Below, one piece after another: positions 8,582 to 15,258 of a DNA stretch of 16,132 nt. The translations under genes were made by a program, and so were the position numbers. Within the stretch, counting starts at the first letter, position 1, and each line of letters opens with the position of its first letter. The notes below the pieces were generated by a model. It had not been told where the DNA came from, made no database searches, and saw only the letters and a list, made by a program, of their open reading frames with translations. Where the stretch lies: positions 1 to 16,132 of the forward strand of contig JBAXBA010000082.1 in the NCBI GenBank assembly GCA_037142195.1, written 5' to 3'. Source of the DNA: Pseudomonadota bacterium (GTDB taxonomy: Bacteria > Bdellovibrionota_B > Oligoflexia > Oligoflexales > CAIMVM01).

Positions 8582-11500
8582 ATGTCTAAGTATAAGATTC
8601 ATAGCCATTCCAACTATACAAAATTTGCCGAAGAGATATTGGCGGAATGGGACTCAAAAAATATTTTTTCTAGAAGCATTTCTGAGAGAGCTGGTTCGAA
8701 CAAAGGGAACTATGTTTTTTATGAAGGCCCACCCAGTGCCAATGGGCGACCAGGTATCCATCATGTGATGGGAAGAACGATCAAGGATGTATTTTGTCGT
8801 TATAAGTCCATGCTTGGCTATGCCGTTCCTCGAACTGCAGGTTGGGATACCCATGGGCTGCCTATTGAACTGGGTGTTGAAAAAGAGCTGGGGATTCGTC
8901 GGGACGACATCGGCCATAAGATCTCTGTGTCGGATTATAACGAAAAATGCAAAGCCAATGTGATGCAGTATACCCATGTTTGGGAAGACCTTACCAGACG
9001 GATGGGATACTGGGTTGATATGAAGCATCCTTATGTAACCTATGAGTCTAAATATATGGAGACTGTATGGTGGCTTTTGGGGAGACTCTTTAACAAGGGG
9101 CTACTCTATAAAGGTCATACCATACAGCCCTATTCTCCAGCTGCCGGCACCGGTTTGTCCTCCCATGAGCTCAATCAGCCCGGCTGCTATAAAATGGTGA
9201 AAGACACTTCTGTCATTGCTCAATTTAAAGTTCTGGATGCTGATAGATCAAAAATTCTGAGCGACTGTAAAGAACCGATATTTATCCTAGCATGGACGAC
9301 CACACCCTGGACTTTGCCAGCTAACACAGCGCTGTGTGTAGGTCCCAAAATTGATTATGTACTTGCGAGGTCCTTTAATCGATACACACAAAAGCCCATG
9401 ACATTTGTCATGGCTAAAGATCGCTTGAGTGCTTATTTTAAAACTCAAGTTTCTGAGACTGAATTGCTGGCTTTAGATGAAAAAACTCGTGCCTCTAGCT
9501 ATTCCCTCCTAAAAGAATTTAAGGGATCGAGCTTAGCTGGGATCAGGTATGAGCAGCTTTTTGATTTTGTAAAGCCCGAGGGAAAAGCCTTTGAAGTTTT
9601 GACCGATGGTTTTGTGACCACCTCTGACGGTACCGGCATTGTTCATATTGCTCCCTGTTATGGTGCAGATGACTACAGAGTCGCAAAGCAAGCAGGCATG
9701 TCTTTTTTGGATATTGTGGATGGCCGCGGGATGTATAAGCCCCATGTTTTACGCTTTGGCGGCGAGTCCGTTAAAGAGGAGTATCTAGACGATGTCGTAA
9801 GACAAAAAGAAGGCTTTAAGTCGACAGACGTTAAACTTGTCATTGAACTTAAAGAAAGAGGGCAAGCGTTCCTTTCTGAGAAATACGAACACAGTTATCC
9901 CCATTGTTGGAGAACAGATAAGCCCATTCTTTATTTTCCGTTAGAGTCTTGGTTTATTAAGACAACTGCATGCAAAGAAAGATTGATTGCTTTAAATCAA
10001 ACCATTCGTTGGCAACCCGCAGCAACAGGTACGGGACGTTTTGGTAATTGGCTAGAAAATCTTGTGGATTGGAATTTGAGCCGCTCTAGGTTTTGGGGGA
10101 TTCCTCTTCCGATTTGGACCTCTGAGGCAGGTGAGATTAAAATCATTGATTCGATTGAAACCCTTAAAAAAGAGATCGATTTAGCTGTCAAAGATGGATT
10201 TATGAAATCCAATTTTTTAGAGGCTTTTGAACCCGGTAATATGTCTTCTGAAAACTATTTGAAAGCAGATATCCACAGAACCACCGTCGATCTCGTAACG
10301 CTGGTCTCTGCAACGGGTAGGCCTATGAAGCGTGAAGATGACATTATCGATGTATGGTTTGACTCGGGAGCCATGCCCTTTGCGCAACTTCATTATCCTT
10401 TTGAAAATGCTGATCTGATTGATAGCCGTAAAAATTTTCCAGCAGACTTTATTGCAGAAGGCGTAGATCAGACCCGAGGCTGGTTCTTTACCCTTCATGC
10501 TATCGCTGTTCTTTGTTTTGATTCAGTCGCTTTTAAGAACGTCCTGTCTAACGGGTTGGTCCTTGACAAAAATGGTCAGAAGATGTCCAAACGTCTCGGC
10601 AACACTGTCGAGCCATTTGAAGCCATAGAGACCTACGGTGTAGACCCTGTGCGCTGGTATATGATGGCCAACGCACAACCTTGGGATAATCTTAAGTTTG
10701 ATAGCGAAGGGATTTTGGAGGTGACTCGAAAGTTCTTTGGCACCATCCACAACACTTATGCATTTTTTGTACTCTATGCCAATATTGATCAGTTTTCGGC
10801 TCGTCAGGCGGTTGTGCCCCTAGCAAAAAGATCGCGATTAGATCGCTGGATTCTATCTGAACTTGAGTCTCTAAAAAAAGAAGTGACCACACAGTTTGAT
10901 GATTTTAATCCGACAAAAGCTGCGCGCGCCATCCAGGAGTTTACTGCCGATAAGCTTTCGAATTGGTATGTACGCCTCAACCGAAAACGTTTTTGGAAGG
11001 GCGAGTTAACTGACGATAAATTAGCTGCGTTTCAAACCCTTTATGAATGCCTCTTAACGGTGGTAAAGTTATCGGCGCCCATTGCCCCGATGTATATGGA
11101 CCGCATCTATCTTGATTTGACGTCTGGCCATCAAGGGGAGGCTTTAGATTCCGTGCATTTGGCCGACTTTCCGGTGTTTGATAGCAAGAGACTCGACCTT
11201 AATTTAGAAGCCGAAATGAAAATGGCGCGAGACTTGACCAGTTTGGTTCTTTCTCTCAGAGAAAAAGCCAATATTCGGGTGAGGCAGCCACTACAGAAAA
11301 TTCTGGTTCCCATTTTAAATGACCAGCAAAAGACTTTAGTAGAATCTGTAAAAGAGTTTGTTCTTTCAGAGACGAATATCAAAGGTATTGAATATTTAGC
11401 CGCAGATAGCCAACTTCTCGTGAAAAAAATAAAAGCGAATTTCAAGACTTTAGGCAAAAAGCTTGGAAAATCCATGAAACAAGCAGCGGAAGCCATTCCT

Positions 11501-11944
11501 AACTTAAAGTCTTCAGAAATCAGACAACTGGAACTTCAAAATTCTATCGAAATCATGCTCGGCGATATACTGGTTATTATTGAACCTGAGGACGTCGAGA
11601 TCAGTTTTGCGGAAGTAGAAGGACTTTTGATTGGCACAGACTTAGGGATCACAGTGGCTATGGATACTTCCATTTCTGAGGCCCTGCGCTTGGAAGGTGT
11701 AGCTAGAGAGCTGGTAAACCGGATTCAAAATTTAAGAAAAGAAAAGAATCTTGAAGTTACAGATCGTATTCGGCTTAAGTTATTAGCGGATCCCATGATG
11801 GAACGTATGTTTGCTTCCTTTAAAGGGCATATCGCCATGGAAACTCTAGCAGAACACTGCGAGTTGGCGGCTTCCTTGCCTGAAGGGTTCGTAGAAGTAA
11901 CATTCGACGACGTGAAGACGGCCCTATGGATCGATAAAGTCTAG
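8582..11944 (+). CDS. ileS: Isoleucine--tRNA ligase, type 2 (IleRS2), GIHH signature variant
   Basis: FYEGPPSANGRPGIHH, GWDTHGLP, editing-domain WTTTPWT and GTGIVHIAP, YPHCWR, DWNLSRSRFWG, EGVDQTRGWF, KMSKR (10580-10594). The C-terminus (EGVARELVNRIQNLRK) is type 2 and lacks the type 1 zinc finger. Confidence 0.97.
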   Translation: MSKYKIHSHSNYTKFAEEILAEWDSKNIFSRSISERAGSNKGNYVFYEGPPSANGRPGIHHVMGRTIKDVFCRYKSMLGYAVPRTAGWDTHGLPIELGVEKELGIRRDDIGHKISVSDYNEKCKANVMQYTHVWEDLTRRMGYWVDMKHPYVTYESKYMETVWWLLGRLFNKGLLYKGHTIQPYSPAAGTGLSSHELNQPGCYKMVKDTSVIAQFKVLDADRSKILSDCKEPIFILAWTTTPWTLPANTALCVGPKIDYVLARSFNRYTQKPMTFVMAKDRLSAYFKTQVSETELLALDEKTRASSYSLLKEFKGSSLAGIRYEQLFDFVKPEGKAFEVLTDGFVTTSDGTGIVHIAPCYGADDYRVAKQAGMSFLDIVDGRGMYKPHVLRFGGESVKEEYLDDVVRQKEGFKSTDVKLVIELKERGQAFLSEKYEHSYPHCWRTDKPILYFPLESWFIKTTACKERLIALNQTIRWQPAATGTGRFGNWLENLVDWNLSRSRFWGIPLPIWTSEAGEIKIIDSIETLKKEIDLAVKDGFMKSNFLEAFEPGNMSSENYLKADIHRTTVDLVTLVSATGRPMKREDDIIDVWFDSGAMPFAQLHYPFENADLIDSRKNFPADFIAEGVDQTRGWFFTLHAIAVLCFDSVAFKNVLSNGLVLDKNGQKMSKRLGNTVEPFEAIETYGVDPVRWYMMANAQPWDNLKFDSEGILEVTRKFFGTIHNTYAFFVLYANIDQFSARQAVVPLAKRSRLDRWILSELESLKKEVTTQFDDFNPTKAARAIQEFTADKLSNWYVRLNRKRFWKGELTDDKLAAFQTLYECLLTVVKLSAPIAPMYMDRIYLDLTSGHQGEALDSVHLADFPVFDSKRLDLNLEAEMKMARDLTSLVLSLREKANIRVRQPLQKILVPILNDQQKTLVESVKEFVLSETNIKGIEYLAADSQLLVKKIKANFKTLGKKLGKSMKQAAEAIPNLKSSEIRQLELQNSIEIMLGDILVIIEPEDVEISFAEVEGLLIGTDLGITVAMDTSISEALRLEGVARELVNRIQNLRKEKNLEVTDRIRLKLLADPMMERMFASFKGHIAMETLAEHCELAASLPEGFVEVTFDDVKTALWIDKV

Positions 11945-12161
11945 GGATTGCGATTTCTTGCTTCGAATGTTTTTCCAGCAAGCACTCAGATCTCGTATAA
12001 ATGAACCTTTCTTTCGCCAGAATTCTGGCGATAGGATGTAACCAGAAGTTGCCATTCTGTCGGAAGGCTTAGCATGAGCGGTGGAATCATTTTTTGGGTC
12101 GGCATTTGCTTAAATTAGCTACAGTTTTGCGACTTTAGCTTTGATTTTCTAGCTTTTTGAC

Positions 12162-12190
12162 TTGCAACTTTAGCCTCTAGACTTTAAGTT
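12162..12190 (+). promoter_or_regulatory. Candidate sigma70 promoter of tRNA-Cys
   Basis: TTGCAA (12162-12167), 17-nt spacer, TAAGTT (12185-12190), ending 9 nt before the tRNA. An overlapping alternative is TTGACT-15-TAGACT. Confidence 0.45.
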
Positions 12191-12199
12191 ACTTCCCGT

Positions 12200-12274
12200 G
12201 GCGCTGTGGCGGAATGGCTACGCAAACGATTGCAAATCGTTACCATACCGGTTCGAATCCGGTCGGCGCCTCCA
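12200..12274 (+). tRNA. tRNA-Cys (GCA)
   Basis: Cloverleaf with acceptor GGCGCTG/CGGCGCC, anticodon arm AACGA-TTGCAAA-TCGTT, T-arm ACCGG-TTCGAAT-CCGGT, U discriminator (a Cys identity element) and encoded CCA. Confidence 0.97.
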
Positions 12275-12287
12275 TAACATATTGAAA
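12275..12287. promoter_or_regulatory. IHF-like binding site adjacent to attL
   Basis: TAACATATTGAAA versus the consensus YAANNNNTTGATW (one mismatch), directly after the tRNA CCA. Confidence 0.4.
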
Positions 12288-12574
12288 TAATTGACTTTTA
12301 ATGACATAGCCTAAGTCTATGGTTTGATTGCTATCCAAATTTGTTTATCGCCCCCATCATGCATCTGACTCGATGCGATTATTCGTTATATTTCATAATT
12401 ATTGGAAAACACCAGTTTCAAAAGTGCAGCTCTAATGGTCTCTTGAATCTAGTTCGCACTTGGAGAAGCAGATTCGATCATGTAGATTTATTTTGAACTA
12501 ATGACTTTTTTGAACTTTTTTGGACCTAAGCAACAAATTGGCTCCTAATTTCGCATATAGACCAAGGAGGAATC

Positions 12575-13543
12575 ATGTCAGAGATTTCGCCATTTATGAA
12601 AATTGCCGTGGCATTGTTCTTTGCGTCATTTCCATTTTTGTCCATTCCCGCTAATGCATCGCAGGACTGCCCAGAAAAATTGGCAAGGGCGATCTGCATT
12701 GTTAATTCTCCAGTCAAGGAGCCAGATCGCTATAAGCCAAACAGGCCATGCATTGAAGGAGACACAAAGAGGTACAGCGCTCAGGTATTGGAAGCTTATG
12801 GATCATTTCCTGCACCTGTTAAAAAAATACTTTGTTCAGTTCAAACTATCTATATTGAGAAGGATTTTTTTGGCACTGCTTGGTCTGCGGCGGTGGATGA
12901 GAGCGACCCGCAAGAAATGTTACTTGGATTGAATATACGCGAATTGGATGCTCAGTTAAGACTTGAATCGTTTTTGTCTTGGTTTGAACAACTTTCATTT
13001 GGGGGAGCTAAAGATTTTACGATTTCTCCTCTATTGCCAATGATTAGTATTGATCCTCCTCGGTGGAAGTCTGCGACGTTTTTAACTGACACCCTTCTTC
13101 ATGAGTCTGGGCATCTATTAGACTATAAATATGGATTCAATAAATTTGTTTGTTCGGATCCTAACAAATGTAAACCTTTGCCCGGCAGTTGGGGTGAAAT
13201 TGCATGGCTCAGTAATTCAACTCCTAGGCCAGATAATGATTTTGATCAAAGACCTCTGATTTGTATAAATCGCTGTCAAGCAGTCCATCTAGACCCTAAA
13301 AAATCGACAGAATTTTACAGGGATCTTTTTCAAAGTGGTTTTGTGAGCCAATTGTCGGCTATTAGCCCCATGGAGGATTTTGCTGAAACATTTTCATTAT
13401 ATGAAAGAATCAATGCTATGGATCAACAAATTAACTTGAAAGACACAAACGGGAATTTGTACGATGTGAAGCTAGTTTTAAAATCGGACCCGCTTAAACA
13501 AAAGGTGAAATTTATCGAAAATATTTTAAAGGAGCTAAAATAA
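12575..13543 (+). CDS. Secreted putative zinc metallopeptidase (HExxH ... EDFAE type)
   Basis: Strong RBS AAGGAGG; signal peptide ending near PANA-S; LLHESGHLLD (HExxH at 13100-13114); downstream SPMEDFAETF supplies a likely third ligand Glu; eight cysteines. Confidence 0.75.
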   Translation: MSEISPFMKIAVALFFASFPFLSIPANASQDCPEKLARAICIVNSPVKEPDRYKPNRPCIEGDTKRYSAQVLEAYGSFPAPVKKILCSVQTIYIEKDFFGTAWSAAVDESDPQEMLLGLNIRELDAQLRLESFLSWFEQLSFGGAKDFTISPLLPMISIDPPRWKSATFLTDTLLHESGHLLDYKYGFNKFVCSDPNKCKPLPGSWGEIAWLSNSTPRPDNDFDQRPLICINRCQAVHLDPKKSTEFYRDLFQSGFVSQLSAISPMEDFAETFSLYERINAMDQQINLKDTNGNLYDVKLVLKSDPLKQKVKFIENILKELK

Positions 13544-13839
13544 TTTCTTTATGTCATTAGCAGACTAAACATTTGCTGGCTTCCTCCAAGTAGGTCAAGA
13601 GCTCAGATCGACACAATTTTTCAATTTGGAGAGGTCAATGTTTATTAGGAATGGATAAGTTGTTTGTTTTTTTACCTATTTCTTAGCCGTAAGATTTAGT
13701 GCGTAGGCTTCTCTTTTATTTTCAGCAGCCCTTGGCTGTTTTTTTTACGTCCAAAATCTAGTGCTATATTCCAGTAGAAGCTATTCAGCTATCGACCTCA
13801 AAAGTTTTTCCAAAATTCAGTTCTACTAGGACTTTTCAC

Positions 13840-13868
13840 TTTACGCGGCTTTTTTAAAGGGCTATATT
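13840..13868 (+). promoter_or_regulatory. Candidate sigma70 promoter reading across attR toward the 13929 gene
   Basis: TTTACG (13840-13845), 17-nt spacer, TATATT (13863-13868). A similar element TTTACG-15-TATATT with an extended -10 TG lies at 13744-13770. Confidence 0.45.
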
Positions 13869-13871
13869 CTG

Positions 13872-13898
13872 CCGGTTCGAATCCGGTCGGCGCCTCCA
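13872..13898 (+). repeat. Duplicated 3' end of tRNA-Cys (attR-like direct repeat)
   Basis: CCGGTTCGAATCCGGTCGGCGCCTCCA is identical to 12248-12274. No tRNA 5' half lies upstream. Confidence 0.95.
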
Positions 13899-13928
13899 CT
13901 ATTTATCAGCAAAAAATCTGGGGTTTAT

Positions 13929-14438
13929 ATGAAGCACTTGGATAAATTTTTGGCCATTGGTTTTCTTTTTATTTCTTACCCCTCAAAATTATTTGCAGCA
14001 AGGCCATCGATAATTCAATCAGACGATAGCTTTACGAATGTTTACAAGTTTAATGAAAGCTGCGTTAATTTGTCCGGTGTTTGGGAGGGATTGTGTTCCC
14101 ATTTAGAGCCAAATGAACCCAAAACGCCTCATGCGGCGGCTATTGAACAAACAGGGTGCAGTGAGTTCATCATAGATTCTGTAGGCTTTAAGCTTGGTGT
14201 GCCAGTTAAAACTGGCTCTCGAGTTGATGCTAATGGATACAAGGTTGAAACCCATAGTCGGGTAGAATGGTCGGCTGACAATCAAAATTTGTACCAGACT
14301 ATTTCTACAACTTGGACTTCTCCTCCAGAAAGCGGTGATACTCGCCCGATAAAACTTGATACCTATGAAAATAGATATAGTTTAGATGGCGAAAGACTTT
14401 TTGTAGTGCGAACGCCTCTCGATTGGCCGTTATCATAG
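13929..14438 (+). CDS. Secreted hypothetical beta-rich protein; C-terminus probably frameshifted (restored end at 14466)
   Basis: Signal peptide ending at LFA-A; CVNLSGVWEGLC...IEQTGC; only three Cys. The +1 frame from 14407 to TAG 14464-14466 encodes ...SIGRYHSLYCNYDRK. Confidence 0.7.
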   Translation: MKHLDKFLAIGFLFISYPSKLFAARPSIIQSDDSFTNVYKFNESCVNLSGVWEGLCSHLEPNEPKTPHAAAIEQTGCSEFIIDSVGFKLGVPVKTGSRVDANGYKVETHSRVEWSADNQNLYQTISTTWTSPPESGDTRPIKLDTYENRYSLDGERLFVVRTPLDWPLS

Positions 14439-14573
14439 TCTATATTGCAATTATGATAGGAAATAGAGAGTTTTTCTAAACTTCTCTTAATCCTCAATTG
14501 GAATGATTCGCGCGTTTAGATTTTTGGTTGGGAGTTTTCTTCTCTGCAAGAATTTGCAACTGAAGACAGTCTT

Positions 14574-14767
14574 TCAAGCTGGTTTCTTCTTGGACCGCTC
14601 AATTCTTTGTTCTTTGAGTTTCTTTTCATACTCCTTGAAGTCGTTGAAAATCGCATCTAAATCGTAGTTAAATTTTTTGGCATGGGCTTTACGGACAGCG
14701 TGAATCTCGGCTACTATGGGATCTTTCCATGTCTTAGTAAGTGTCTTGTTTTTACAGCCTTTGTCAT
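14574..14767 (-). pseudogene. Small PIN-associated partner protein (putative antitoxin), frameshifted; absent from the ORF track
   Basis: Frame from 14729 reads WKDPIVAEIHAVRKAHAKKFNYDLDAIFNDFKEYEKKLKEQRIERSKKKPA*. The only RBS-backed ATG (14767, after GAGGT) is out of frame; adding one A to the A5 run at 14749-14753 restores a 64-aa ORF. Confidence 0.7.
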
Positions 14768-14775
14768 TTTATACC

Positions 14776-14934
14776 TCACTTGGTACCCGTCAGCTCCTGA
14801 GGGGTACAAATAATTGGACAGTTTGCGTTAAATATGCGGGCAACGACCTCAATAGCTTTCCGAATTTCTGCATTAGCTATATGTGTGCAGTTCCAGGTTA
14901 CCAGAAAATCATGGCGTGCATAACTAGCAATAGC
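14776..14934 (-). pseudogene. 3' remnant of a PIN-domain (VapC-like) toxin gene
   Basis: AIASYARHDFLVTWNCTHIANAEIRKAIEVVARIFNANCPIICTPQEL matches the C-terminal 'LLTWNCxHIAN...PxICTPEEL' pattern of a PIN family. The preceding DALH segment and the whole N-terminal part are missing. Confidence 0.8.
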
Positions 14935-15079
14935 TTTTGTGTTAGTGGCTCCTATAGTCGGCGCTGCATTTATTGCAGTTACAAATGTGGGAGGCGAGCA
15001 TGCTGCTGCAGCATGCGGCAAAACAATAGCCGCGGCTATTCAAGAGACCTTCCCAGCCTTGCCCAATTCCACTCCCTAG
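14933..15079 (+). pseudogene. 3' remnant of a serine hydrolase / beta-lactamase-family gene; absent from the ORF track
   Basis: AFVLVAPIVGAAFIAVTNVGGEHAAAACGKTIAAAIQETFPALPNSTP* resembles the terminal strands and helix ('W.AP....A..V.TN.GG..A..AC') of AmpC-like serine hydrolases. No start codon; in-frame TAA at 14921-14923. Confidence 0.55.
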
Positions 15080-15196
15080 ACGCCATCCCTCAAAGTTACA
15101 ATCTAGATTTTTTCCAAAAGTGTCCGTTCTTCATTGTTGCTCAATATAGGCGGCCATCAACCATGTCATGCCCTATGTACCCAAAAACCGTTTGCC

Positions 15197-15229
15197 ATTG
15201 CACAGGGAGATTGCACAAGGTATTATAAT
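15197..15229 (+). promoter_or_regulatory. Promoter/operator region of the HEPN-MNT operon
   Basis: Perfect TATAAT at 15224-15229, preceded by the direct repeat ATTGCACAGGG (15197-15207) / ATTGCACAAGG (15210-15220). Confidence 0.45.
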
Positions 15230-15258
15230 CGAGGGAAATTCAATAACTTGAGGCATCC

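Larger units (their letters stand above)
12248..13898 (+). mobile_element. tRNA-Cys-anchored genomic islet (attL-attR unit of 1624 bp) with no integrase gene
   Basis: Exact 27-bp direct repeats at 12248-12274 and 13872-13898, one cargo CDS between them, and an IHF-like site immediately inside the left junction. Confidence 0.75.

Noticed and set aside
11986..12105. 39-codon minus-strand ORF (MPTQKMIPP...) between ileS and the tRNA
   Set aside because: No RBS and no recognisable motif; that length is expected by chance.
1641..12274. A coordinated isoleucine/sulfur cluster (2-oxobutyrate-yielding PLP enzyme, ilvE, ileS, tRNA-Cys)
   Set aside because: The genes are in separate transcription units with unrelated genes between them, and no shared regulatory motif is visible. 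Only conserved synteny would revive the idea.
954..12932. Short alternative ORFs overlapping major genes (e.g. 954-1190, 1109-1303, 3012-3200, 3324-3542, 3993-4538, 4542-4907, 6115-6318, 8454-8768, 8654-9028, 11131-11496, 12603-12932)
   Set aside because: They are antisense or off-frame shadows of well-supported genes, with no recognisable motifs.
13820..13898. A second complete or split tRNA-Cys gene
   Set aside because: No acceptor 5' strand, D-arm or anticodon arm lies upstream of 13872; only the 3' 27 nt are duplicated.
14749..14753. Programmed -1 ribosomal frameshift in the PIN-partner gene
   Set aside because: T-AAA-AAC is not a full X-XXY-YYZ slippery heptamer and no stimulatory structure is evident; mutation or sequencing error is simpler.
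14998..15040. Inverted repeats GCATGCTG/CAGCATGC and the 16-bp palindrome AATAGCCGCGGCTATT
   Set aside because: They lie in the Ala-rich coding remnant (HAAAAC, IAAAI), where GCN codons readily create symmetry; no independent support as regulatory sites.
14716..15228. 170-aa Cys-rich plus-strand ORF as a metal-binding protein or RiPP precursor
   Set aside because: It runs antisense to the PIN and partner remnants and off-frame to the hydrolase remnant; many Cys codons come from reading Ala codons off-frame. No clear RBS.
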